Positions 37,873 to 47,285 of a DNA stretch of 64,000 nucleotides are shown one piece after another. The position numbers and the translations under genes were made by a program. This DNA is from Candidatus Eiseniibacteriota bacterium (GTDB taxonomy: Bacteria; Eisenbacteria; RBG-16-71-46; CAZAMP01), in assembly GCA_965224245.1 (NCBI GenBank), contig OZ245046.1, positions 1,600,001 to 1,664,000 on the forward strand, read 5' to 3'. Within the stretch, counting starts at the first letter, position 1; each line of letters starts with the position of its first letter. The notes under the pieces are model-generated. The model did not search any database. It was not told the origin of the DNA and saw only the letters and a program-made list of their open reading frames with translations.

Positions 37873-40800
37873 GTGAGCATGTTCTCCGAGGCCACGCAAA
37901 CCTGGTTCGATGGCGCCTTCCCGTCTCCGACGCCCGTGCAGGAGCGCGGCTGGGCGGCGATCGCCACCGGCCGTCACGCGCTCCTGGTCGCTCCCACCGG
38001 CAGCGGCAAGACACTGGCCGCCTTCCTGTTCGGGATCGACGCGCTCGCGCGCCGCGAGCCGGCGCCCGACGACGCGGCGGGCACGCGCGTGCTCTACGTC
38101 TCGCCGTTGAAGGCGCTCGTGTACGACATCGAGCGGAACCTCCGGGTACCGCTGGCGGGCATCCGGCGCACCGCGGAGCGCCTCGGAACCACGATACCCA
38201 CCATCGAGGTGGCCGTCCGCACCGGGGACACGCCCCAGCGCGAGCGCCAGCGGCAGCTGCGGGCGCCCGGCGACATCCTCGTGACCACTCCGGAGTCCCT
38301 GTTCCTGATCCTCGGCTCACGTGCGCGAGAGACGCTCTCGCGCGTCGAGACGGTCATCGTGGACGAGGTCCACGCGCTCGCTCCCACCAAGCGGGGCGCG
38401 CACCTCGCGCTGTCGCTGGAGCGCCTGGCGGACGTGACCGAGCGCGAGCCGCAGCGGATCGGCCTCTCGGCGACCGTGCGACCGCTGGATGAGATGGCCG
38501 CGTTCGTGGCCGGCACGAGACCGATCGAGATCGTCGACGCGTCGATGGCGCCCAGGCTGGATCTGACGGTGACGGTTCCGGTGCCCGACATGACGAACGT
38601 GGCGCCGCCACCCCAGACTCGCTCCGATGGCGAGGCGCCCGCGAACGCGAGCTGGAACTCGATGATCGGCGGTTCCGCGCGACGCGGAGGCCCGATCCTG
38701 GCCGAGATCCGCGAACGCACGGCCCCGGTGCCGCCGCCCGAGCGCGGCATCTGGTCGGCGCTGTATCCGCAGATCCTGGAGGAGATCCGGGGCCATCGCT
38801 CCACGATCGTGTTCGTGAACAGCCGGGGCCTCTGCGAACGCCTGGCGCGCCGGCTGAACGAGCTGGCCGGCGAGGAGCTGGTCCGGGCGCACCACGGCAG
38901 CGTCTCGCACGAGAAACGAGCGGAGATCGAGGAGGGGCTGAAGGCGGGCCGCATTCGCGGCATCGTGGCCACGAGCTCGCTGGAGCTCGGCATCGACATG
39001 GGCGCGCTCGACCGCGTGATCCTGGTGGAGTCGCCGGGCTCGGTCGCCCGAGGGCTTCAGCGCGTGGGCCGGGCCGGCCACGACGTGGGGGCGACCAGCG
39101 TGGGTCGCATCTATCCGAAGTTCAAGGGTGATCTGCTCGAGTCGGCGGTGGTCGCCGAGCGCATGTTGCGAGGAGATCTGGAGCGCGTCCGCATGCCCGA
39201 GAACGCGCTGGACGTGCTGGCCCAGCAGATCGTCGCGATGTGCTGCGATCGCGAGCGCGCGGTGGACGAGATCGATGCGATCGTGCGGCGTGCGACGCCG
39301 TACCGGAATCTGACCCGGGCGGGGCTCGAGTCCGTACTCGACATGCTCTCGGGGCGCTACCCGAGCGCCGACTTCGCCGATCTGCGCCCCCTTCTCCGCT
39401 GGGACCGGGCCACCGACCGTCTCTCCGCGCGACGCGGCACGGTCATGGTATCGCGCATGAACCCCGGCACGATCCCCGATCGCGGCGCGTACCCCGTCAT
39501 GGCCGGACCCGACGGGCCGCGCGTGGGGGAGCTGGACGAGGAGATGGTGTTCGAGAGCCGGGTCGGTGACGTCTTCCTCCTCGGCGCGAGCGCGTGGCGG
39601 GTGGAGGAGATCACGCGCGATCGCGTCGTCGCGTCCCCGGCACCCGGTGAGCCCGGTCGACTGCCCTTCTGGCACGGGGACGGCGTGGGACGACCGATGG
39701 AGCTGGGGCGGGCCATCGGCGCGTTCACGCGCGAGCTTGCCGCCGTGCCCCGCGAGGAGGCCGAGGCATGGATCCGCGGGAGGAGCCCCCTCGATCGGTT
39801 CGCGGCCCGGAACCTGGCCGACTACGTGCACGACCAGCGCGCGCACGCGGGTGTCGTCCCGACCGACACGACGATCGTGGTCGAGCGATTCCGGGACGAG
39901 CTCGGGGACTGGCGCGTCTGCATCCTCACCCCGTTCGGGGCTCGCGTGCACGCGCCGTGGGCCACGGCGATCCAGCGCCTCGTGTCGGCCGAGAGCGGGA
40001 TGGACGTGCAGATCAGCTACGCGGACGACGGCATCACGCTCCGCGTGGCGGACGTCGAGGATCCGCTCCCCGTGGAGTCGCTCGTGCCCGATTCCGACGA
40101 TGTGGAGACGCTGGTCACCGAGCAGCTCGCGGACACCTCGCTGTTCGCCGGACTGTTCCGCGAGAACGCGGTGCGCTCGCTTCTCGTTCCGCGCCGGCGA
40201 CCGACGCAGCGCAATCCGCTCTGGGCGCAGCGGCTCAAGTCGCAGCAGCTCTTCGCCAGCGTGCGCCGCCACGCCTCGTTCCCGATCGTGCTGGAGACGT
40301 ACCGCCAGGCCCTGGCGGACGTGTTCGACATCCGCGGACTGCAGGAGGTTCTGAGCGGGATACGATCCCGCCAGATCCGGGTGGCCGAGGTCGAGACCCG
40401 CTCGGCGTCGCCGTTCGCGCGGTCGCTGGTCTTCGCGTTCGTGACGCAGTATCTCTACGAGCAGGACTCCCCGGTGGCCGAGCGCCGCGCACAGGCGCTG
40501 ACGCTCGACCGTGCGCTCCTGGCCGAGCTTCTCGGGCGCACGGAGCTGCGCGAGCTGATCGACCGCGACGTTCTGGCCGAGCTGGAGCGTGCGCTCCAGT
40601 GCGTGGCCCCCGACCGACGCGCGCGTGACGCGGACGAGCTACACGATCTTCTGCGACGCCTCGGAGACCTGACCGCAAACGAGCTGGAGGCGCGCGCGAC
40701 CGCCGATCCCGCGGACTGGCTGGAGGCGCTCGGGCATCAGCGGAGAGCCATCCCGGTGTCGATCGCGGGGGAGACGCGCTGGATCGTCGCCGAGGAGGCG

Positions 40801-42423
40801 GGGCTCTACCGCGATGCCCTCGGCGTGCAGCCGCCGGCCGGTGTGCCGGCGGCGTTTCTGGATCCGGTGGCGTCGCCGATCGAGGCGCTCGTTCGGCGCT
40901 ACGCCCGCACGCACGGTCCGTTCGCCCCGGGGGCGCCCGCCGCGCGCTTCGGGCTCACGATCGGTCAGCTGGCTCCGGTGCTCGCCGCGCTGGTGACCGA
41001 CGGGACGCTCGTGTTCGGCGAGATCCGGCCCGACGGCGTGGAAGGCGAGTACTGCGACGCCGACGTCCTCCGCCGCCTGAAGCGCCGCACGCTCGCCGTC
41101 CTTCGCAACGCGGTCACGCCGACCGACCTGACGACCTACGCGCGGTTTCTCGTCGAGTGGCACGGGATCGGAGGCGAATCCGCCGGACCCGATGCGCTCA
41201 TGGAGGTGCTCGTTCAGCTCGAGAGTCTCCCTTTGTGCTGGAGCGAGCTCTGCGAGGTGATCCTGCCCGCGCGCGTCCGGGACTTCGTGCCCTCGGACCT
41301 GGACGTGCTCACCGCGAGCGGCTCCCTGGTGTGGGTAGGACGCGGGGCGCTCGGTCCGCGCGACGGACGCATCTCGATCCATCGGCGCGATGCGGTGCCG
41401 GAGACCGGCGAGGCGTCCCATGACGCGAGCCCCGGCGCCGCCGCGCCATCGCCGCTGGATGCGCCGCTCCACCGCGCGATCCTGAGCGCGCTCGACACGC
41501 ACGGGGCGAGCTTCGCCGTCGAGCTCGAGCGAGCGGCTCGCGCGGAGGTGTCCGATGCGACCGCGGCCGAGATCGACGGTGCGCTCTGGGATCTCGTGTG
41601 GGCGGGGCTCGTCACCAACGACACGTTCGTTCCGCTGCGCGAGCTGCGGGGGACGTCGCGCGCCCGTGGATCCCGCCGCCCGCCTCGCCGCGCGCACACG
41701 TGGGCCTCGACGCGAGGGCGGCTCGAGGCGGGTGCGTTCGCCGGACGCTGGTCGCTCGTGTCGACCCTCGGAGCTCCGCGGGTCAGCGACACCGAGCGGG
41801 TGCTCGCCACGGCCCACGAGCTTCTCCAGCGCTACGGGATCGTCAGCCGGGAGGTGGCAGCGGTAGAGGCGCTCGAGGGCGGCTTCGGCACGACGTACCG
41901 CGTGCTGCGCGCGATGGAGGAGTCGGGGCGGGTCCAGCGCGGATACTTCGTGGAGGGCCTCTCCGGGGGACAGTTCGCGTTCGCCGGGGCGGTGGATCGT
42001 CTCCGCGCACTGGACGAAGCCCCGACCGTCGCATCGGATCGCGAGGCCGCGATTCTCGTCCTGGCCGCCACCGATCCCGCCAACGTGTACGGGGGGCTCG
42101 TTCCGTGGCCCGACGGCCCCGACGGCGCACCCCGTCCCCGGCGGGTGCCGGGCGCCTACGTCGCACTCCGGCACGGTCGGCTCGTCCTCTACGTGGGGCC
42201 GGGCGGTCGCCAGATGCTGACGTTCACGTCCACGGCGGAGGGCGGCGAGGTGATCCCGCGCGCGCTGGATGCCGTTCGGAAGACGCATCGCGCGGCCGGC
42301 CGGCGACGCCTGCGAGTCGAGACGATCGATGGCCTGGCCGTCCGCGACTCACCACGCCTGCCGTGGTTCGAGGCGGCCGGCTTCCAGGTGAGCTATCGAT
42401 CCCTCCTGGACGCGGCGCTCTGA
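37873..42423 (+). CDS. lhr: Lhr ATP-dependent helicase (long form with C-terminal winged-helix domain)
   Basis: APTGSGKT, SPLKAL, VTTPESL, DEVH, GLSAT, HHGS, TSSLELGIDMG, QRVGRAGH, GTIPDRG; C-terminal RGYFVEGLSGGQFA and ATDPAN. Confidence 0.93.
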   Translation: MSMFSEATQTWFDGAFPSPTPVQERGWAAIATGRHALLVAPTGSGKTLAAFLFGIDALARREPAPDDAAGTRVLYVSPLKALVYDIERNLRVPLAGIRRTAERLGTTIPTIEVAVRTGDTPQRERQRQLRAPGDILVTTPESLFLILGSRARETLSRVETVIVDEVHALAPTKRGAHLALSLERLADVTEREPQRIGLSATVRPLDEMAAFVAGTRPIEIVDASMAPRLDLTVTVPVPDMTNVAPPPQTRSDGEAPANASWNSMIGGSARRGGPILAEIRERTAPVPPPERGIWSALYPQILEEIRGHRSTIVFVNSRGLCERLARRLNELAGEELVRAHHGSVSHEKRAEIEEGLKAGRIRGIVATSSLELGIDMGALDRVILVESPGSVARGLQRVGRAGHDVGATSVGRIYPKFKGDLLESAVVAERMLRGDLERVRMPENALDVLAQQIVAMCCDRERAVDEIDAIVRRATPYRNLTRAGLESVLDMLSGRYPSADFADLRPLLRWDRATDRLSARRGTVMVSRMNPGTIPDRGAYPVMAGPDGPRVGELDEEMVFESRVGDVFLLGASAWRVEEITRDRVVASPAPGEPGRLPFWHGDGVGRPMELGRAIGAFTRELAAVPREEAEAWIRGRSPLDRFAARNLADYVHDQRAHAGVVPTDTTIVVERFRDELGDWRVCILTPFGARVHAPWATAIQRLVSAESGMDVQISYADDGITLRVADVEDPLPVESLVPDSDDVETLVTEQLADTSLFAGLFRENAVRSLLVPRRRPTQRNPLWAQRLKSQQLFASVRRHASFPIVLETYRQALADVFDIRGLQEVLSGIRSRQIRVAEVETRSASPFARSLVFAFVTQYLYEQDSPVAERRAQALTLDRALLAELLGRTELRELIDRDVLAELERALQCVAPDRRARDADELHDLLRRLGDLTANELEARATADPADWLEALGHQRRAIPVSIAGETRWIVAEEAGLYRDALGVQPPAGVPAAFLDPVASPIEALVRRYARTHGPFAPGAPAARFGLTIGQLAPVLAALVTDGTLVFGEIRPDGVEGEYCDADVLRRLKRRTLAVLRNAVTPTDLTTYARFLVEWHGIGGESAGPDALMEVLVQLESLPLCWSELCEVILPARVRDFVPSDLDVLTASGSLVWVGRGALGPRDGRISIHRRDAVPETGEASHDASPGAAAPSPLDAPLHRAILSALDTHGASFAVELERAARAEVSDATAAEIDGALWDLVWAGLVTNDTFVPLRELRGTSRARGSRRPPRRAHTWASTRGRLEAGAFAGRWSLVSTLGAPRVSDTERVLATAHELLQRYGIVSREVAAVEALEGGFGTTYRVLRAMEESGRVQRGYFVEGLSGGQFAFAGAVDRLRALDEAPTVASDREAAILVLAATDPANVYGGLVPWPDGPDGAPRPRRVPGAYVALRHGRLVLYVGPGGRQMLTFTSTAEGGEVIPRALDAVRKTHRAAGRRRLRVETIDGLAVRDSPRLPWFEAAGFQVSYRSLLDAAL

Positions 42424-42424
42424 G

Positions 42425-43227
42425 ATGCCCGAGGGCGACACGCTGCACACGATCGCGCGGCATCTCGATCAGACGCTGGCCGGGCGGCGGCTCGTGGATG
42501 GATCGCTGCGCGACCGACCCGACGTCCCGGTCGCCGGCCGGCGGGTCACGGCCGTCGACGTCCACGGGAAGCACCTGTGGATCGAGCTCGACGGGTCGCT
42601 CGTCGTGTGCTCACACCTGGGGCTCCACGGGTCGTGGCATCGCTACGCACGCGGTGAGAGGTGGCAACGCCCGCGACATCGCGCCGCCATCGTGCTGGTG
42701 ACCGAGCGCGACGGGGTGTTCGTGTGCTTCGACGCGCGCGAGGTCGCGCTGGTGCGAAAGGGCGGTGTTCGCGATCGCGCGAGTCGCTCGCGGATCGGGC
42801 CCGATCTGCTCGCACCGGACTGGGATCGCGACGAGGTGCGCCGGCGCGCGTCGCGGCACGGGTCGATCCCACGACCCGCGTCGTCGATCTCCTCCTGGAC
42901 CAACGCGTCGCGGCGGGAGTCGGCAACGTCTACAAGTCCGAGGTCCTGTTCCTCGAGTCCCTGGCGCCCGACCGCACGGTGGGGTCGATCTCCGTTCGAT
43001 CGCGCGACGCGCTCTTCGAGCGTGCCGCGTCGCTCCTGGCCGCGAACGTGGGTGGGGAGCCCCGCCGGACGCGTCGCGGCCCGTTTCGAGACGGACCGCG
43101 CTCGGGCGGACTCTGGGTCTACGGCCGCGCGCGACGCCCGTGCTGGCAGTGCGAGACCCCGATCCGGTCCGCCCCCATGGGGTGGGGACGCCGCATCACC
43201 TACTGGTGCCCGGACTGCCAGCGCTGA
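42425..43227 (+). pseudogene. nei: Fpg/Nei DNA glycosylase with a frameshift near 42845-42860 (true pseudogene or assembly error)
   Basis: One frame has MPEGD, GKHL, HLGLHGSW, IGPDLL. Another frame has H2TH LLDQRVAAGVGNVYKSE and zinc finger C..C...YWCPDCQ. Confidence 0.8.
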
Positions 43228-43331
43228 GCCCCGAGGTCCGTGTCCACGGCTGACCTCCGCCGCACGCCGTGGAATGTCTCCTGCATCGGCCGCCCGATGG
43301 CACGACCGGGAGACATCATCGGGAGGACATC

Positions 43332-44678
43332 ATGCGCCCTGTCTTCGTCGGGGGGCTCGCCACCGCCGCGTGCGCGCTCGCGCCGGCCGTTCTGGCCGGA
43401 AGCGTGGAGTCGACCGCCGCCTCGTTCCTCGACATCGACGTGAGCCCCAGGAGCGTGGCGCTGGCCGCCTCGGCGTCCGCCTCGCGCGGCGATCTGGCGT
43501 CCAGCCAGTGGAACCCCGCCGGTCTCTCGGACGTCCGGTCACCTCGGGTGGGCCTGATGCACGGCGCGTGGTTCGAGGGGCTCTCGCTGGAGTGGCTCGG
43601 GTACGGCATCGACGTCGGCGACCGCGGCGGCGCGGCCGTGGCGCTGACCTTCCTCCGGTCCGACGCGATCGCCCGCTTCGATGCGTTCGGCGAGCCCGAC
43701 GGCGAGTTCCACGTGTACGACGCGGCGCTGTCGGCCGGCTACGGACATCGCTTCGGAGACCGACTGGCCCTCGGTGTCACCGCGCGCGGCATCCGTCAGA
43801 GCGTGGACGGACGCGGTGCGTCGGGGTTCGCGGCCGACGTGGGCCTGTCCACCCGAGCCGGATCCACGAGCCTGTCCGCGGTGGCGCGGAACCTCGGCCC
43901 CGACGTCGACTTCGACGGCGACGCGGCGCCGCTTCCGACGACGTACGTCGTGGCGGCCGCGCAGCCGCTCCTCGGCGAGCGCGTGGTCCTGACGGGTGCG
44001 GCGAACCTCCCCGTGCACTACCACGACGATCTCCGCGTGGGCGCCGAGTGGATGGCCACGCGTCAGGTGGCGCTGCGGGCGGGCTATCGCTACGTGCTCG
44101 AAGCCGGAACCGACGATCAGCTGACCGGGCCGACCTTCGGCGTGGGGTTCGGCATGTCGGGGATCCGTCTGGACTACGCGTATCAGCCGTTCGAGGATCT
44201 CGGCGACACGCACCACATCGCGCTGACGATCGCGCTGAATCGTAGCGCCGCGACGCCCCGGCCGGCCGGGCGCGATGCGCTCGTCGACACCGCGCCGGAG
44301 CTGCCCGAGGACCGCGAGCCGGTTGCGGCGCCGCGCGCGCGCCGGAGCCCGGCTCCCGACGCACCCGCGGCGGTGGCGCCACCCGCGTCGAAGACGCCGG
44401 AAACGACGGCGAGCGCGACGCGGGTCGAGGCGGCCGCGCCGGCGTCCCGGACCTACGCGGTCGCGGCCGGCATACACGGCTCGCGCCTCTCGGCGCTGCT
44501 CGAGCTGCGCGCGCTGCGCGTGAAGGGCCTCGAGGGCGGCACCATCCGTCGCCTCGAGGATGGCCGGTACCGCGTCCTGATGAAGGAGTTCGATTCTCGC
44601 GAGAAGGCGGCCCGCTGGGTCTCCGAGCACCGTGCCTCGTTCGGGTTCAAGACGCTCGAGATCGTCGCGCTGGACTGA
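43332..44678 (+). CDS. PorV/PorQ-family outer-membrane barrel with Pro/Ala linker and C-terminal SPOR-like domain
   Basis: Signal peptide; FLDIDVSPRSVALA...WNPAGL, GAEW, LRAGY, TFGVG...RLDYAYQPFEDLGDTHHI; C-terminal GRYRV...FDSREKA. Confidence 0.72.
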   Translation: MRPVFVGGLATAACALAPAVLAGSVESTAASFLDIDVSPRSVALAASASASRGDLASSQWNPAGLSDVRSPRVGLMHGAWFEGLSLEWLGYGIDVGDRGGAAVALTFLRSDAIARFDAFGEPDGEFHVYDAALSAGYGHRFGDRLALGVTARGIRQSVDGRGASGFAADVGLSTRAGSTSLSAVARNLGPDVDFDGDAAPLPTTYVVAAAQPLLGERVVLTGAANLPVHYHDDLRVGAEWMATRQVALRAGYRYVLEAGTDDQLTGPTFGVGFGMSGIRLDYAYQPFEDLGDTHHIALTIALNRSAATPRPAGRDALVDTAPELPEDREPVAAPRARRSPAPDAPAAVAPPASKTPETTASATRVEAAAPASRTYAVAAGIHGSRLSALLELRALRVKGLEGGTIRRLEDGRYRVLMKEFDSREKAARWVSEHRASFGFKTLEIVALD

Positions 44679-44860
44679 GTGCCCGTCACGTGTCCCACTC
44701 GATGCTCGCGGGGCCCCGGGACCATCCGGTGGGCCGCGCGCCGTCGTCAGGGGGCCGTCGGTTGCCGCGCTTCGTCAGGCCGTGCTAGCGTCTCGCCCAG
44801 CCTCGCGTCTCGGGGCGAGTGGGCCGGTGGGGACGGCGGGCGGAAGGGACGGCACGGGCA

Positions 44861-45913
44861 ATGTCGCAGCGGATGGTGGTCACCGGCGGAGCGGGCTTCA
44901 TCGGGTCGCACGCCGCGGAGTACTTCGCCGATCGAGGATACCGGGTCCGCGTCGTCGACAACCTCTCCCGGGCGACGCTCCTCAAGCGCGACGACGTGAA
45001 CGCCCGCTTCAACTGGGACCATCTCGCCGCCCGGGGCGACATCGAGCTCGTCGAGGCCGACGTGCGCGACCGCGAGCGTACGATCTCGCTGCTGGCCGAC
45101 GCCGACGTCATCGTGCACGCCGCGGCCCAGACCGCCGTCACCACGTCGGTCACCGATCCCGAACCGGACTTCACCAGCAACGCCGTCGGCACGTTTCACG
45201 TGCTCGAGGCGGCGCGCCTGGGGGGCAAGCGCCCGATCGTCGTCTACTGCTCCACGAACAAGGTCTACGGCGAGAACGTGAACGCGATCGGCGTAAATGC
45301 CCGGGAGACGCGGTACGTGTTCGAGGACGCGTTCGCGCACGGCGTCCCCGAGAGCTTCTCGGTGGATCGATGCGAGCACACTCCCTACGGCTGCTCGAAG
45401 CTCACCGGCGACCTCTACGCGCAGGACTACGCGCATCTCTACGGCATCCGCACCGGGGTCTTTCGCATGTCCTGCATCTACGGAACGAGGCAGTTCGGGG
45501 TCGAGGACCAGGGGTGGTTGGCCTGGTTCACGATCGCCGCTCTCACCGATCAGCCGATCACGATCTTCGGGGACGGAAAGCAGGTTCGCGACATCCTCTG
45601 GGTCGAGGACCTCGTCCGGGCCTACGACGCCTTCATCCGTTCGGACGTGGCCCATGGCGTGTTCAACATGGGTGGCGGCCCGGCGAACACTCTCTCGCTT
45701 CTGGAGCTGCTGGAGATCCTGGGCGATCGAACCGGTCGACGTCCATCGCCCGCGTTCGCCGATTGGCGACCGAGCGATCAGAAGGTCTTCATCTCGGACA
45801 TCCGGCACGCCGAGCGCGTGCTCGGCTGGTCGCCGGCGGTCTCGCCCGCCGACGGCGTCGATGCGCTCGTCGACTGGGTCGAGGCGAACCGAGATCGCTT
45901 CCGTTCCCGCTGA
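44861..45913 (+). CDS. NAD-dependent epimerase, CDP-paratose 2-epimerase (RfbE/Tyv)-like
   Basis: TGGAGFIGS, AQTAVTTS, STNKVYG, PYGCSK, FRMSCIYG.RQFGVEDQGW, DWRPSDQKVFISD. Confidence 0.85.
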   Translation: MSQRMVVTGGAGFIGSHAAEYFADRGYRVRVVDNLSRATLLKRDDVNARFNWDHLAARGDIELVEADVRDRERTISLLADADVIVHAAAQTAVTTSVTDPEPDFTSNAVGTFHVLEAARLGGKRPIVVYCSTNKVYGENVNAIGVNARETRYVFEDAFAHGVPESFSVDRCEHTPYGCSKLTGDLYAQDYAHLYGIRTGVFRMSCIYGTRQFGVEDQGWLAWFTIAALTDQPITIFGDGKQVRDILWVEDLVRAYDAFIRSDVAHGVFNMGGGPANTLSLLELLEILGDRTGRRPSPAFADWRPSDQKVFISDIRHAERVLGWSPAVSPADGVDALVDWVEANRDRFRSR

Positions 45914-46085
45914 CCCGCGCGTTCGATCCCGTCAGCCACCCTCGTCTCGCCGTCCCGGTCGCGCTCGGCCGCCCGTCGAGGAACGCGACTTGCAGACGCC
46001 CCGAACGGCACCGGCGATCGCCGCCCGATCGCCCACGCACCCGACATGCCGCTCGGCCCACCTCTCGCAACTCGAGGACGAACGC

Positions 46086-47261
46086 GTGCGCCCACCGATC
46101 TTCGCCTCGGCCGTTCTCTGGCTCGCGTCGGCCGCCGGCGCCGGCGCCGAGACCTTCCAGCATACGATCACCGATCTGGATCGCGGTCACGTCTACGAGG
46201 TGCTCGTCAACGGCTCGGTGGCGGTCACCGACGCCGCGCCGGATCCGGACGGCGTCCTGCGTTTCGAGACCGATGCGGTGGGGTACGTCCAGGTCGTGCC
46301 GGTGGGTGAGGGAGACGCCGTGGCCCCCGGTGCGATGGGCGCGCCCGAGCTCGTCGACGTCGACGGCACGAGCGCCGTCGTGCGCTTCGTGGCCCCTGGC
46401 GACGACGGTCTCTCCGGGGTGGTCGACCGATACGACGTGCGCGCGAGCCTGGACTCGCTGGAGACGGTGGCCTGGCAGTTCGCGCGGATCCTGCCCCGGC
46501 CGCCGGGCACGGTGGCGGGGGGGGAGGTGCAGATCGTGACGCTCGACGGGCTCACGCCGGGGAGTCTCAACTACGTCGCGATGCGCCCCGTGGACGACGG
46601 CGGCAACCGGGGACCGATCAGCGCCGTGGTCGCCATCCGCGCCGAGGGCGAGGCGCCAGGCACGGGCGACGGGGCCGCCGTGGCCCCGCCGGGCGTCCCG
46701 CGGGCGCGGTTCCGGGACGGGTCGATCTTCCTGTCGTGGACGCCGAGCGCGGACCCCCGGGTCACCGGCTACCACGTCTACCGGCGCGAGGAGGACGGTG
46801 CGCGCGAGCGACTGACCGGACCGCCGCTGATCGAACCGGCGTTCACCGACGCGGCCGTGGTCGAGAACCGGGCCTACGTCTACCGGCTGACGGCCGTGGA
46901 TTCGGGGCTGAACGAATCGCCCCTGGGGGCCGAAATGTGGATCAGGGCCGCGCCCGAGGCGCCGCCGGCGCTCGTTCTGGAGCGCATCTACCCGAACCCG
47001 ATCCGGTCGGGCGCGGTGTTTCGGTTCTCGGTTCCCGAGTTCGGACCGGGCCATCCGGAGGGGATGCGGGTCACGATCGACCTCTACGACGTGGCCGGTC
47101 GCAAGATGACGCGCGTGCTCGACGAACACGTGTTTCCGGGGACCCGCGAGGTCAGCTGGCGGATGGGCACCGACGGACCGATGCTCGTTCCCGGCGTGTA
47201 CACCAGCGTGCTGAAGGCGGGACGCCACCTGACCCGGGAGCGCATCGCCGTCAGTCCATGA
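46086..47261 (+). CDS. Secreted FN3-domain protein with C-terminal T9SS-type/FlgD-Ig sorting domain
   Basis: Signal peptide; APGDDG..G....YDVR FN3 variant; second FN3 GYHVYR...YRLTAVD..NES; C-terminal IYPNP...IDLYDVAGR...PGVY. Confidence 0.72.
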   Translation: MRPPIFASAVLWLASAAGAGAETFQHTITDLDRGHVYEVLVNGSVAVTDAAPDPDGVLRFETDAVGYVQVVPVGEGDAVAPGAMGAPELVDVDGTSAVVRFVAPGDDGLSGVVDRYDVRASLDSLETVAWQFARILPRPPGTVAGGEVQIVTLDGLTPGSLNYVAMRPVDDGGNRGPISAVVAIRAEGEAPGTGDGAAVAPPGVPRARFRDGSIFLSWTPSADPRVTGYHVYRREEDGARERLTGPPLIEPAFTDAAVVENRAYVYRLTAVDSGLNESPLGAEMWIRAAPEAPPALVLERIYPNPIRSGAVFRFSVPEFGPGHPEGMRVTIDLYDVAGRKMTRVLDEHVFPGTREVSWRMGTDGPMLVPGVYTSVLKAGRHLTRERIAVSP

Positions 47262-47285
47262 CGCGGCGGCGGCGTCGGGGAGCCC

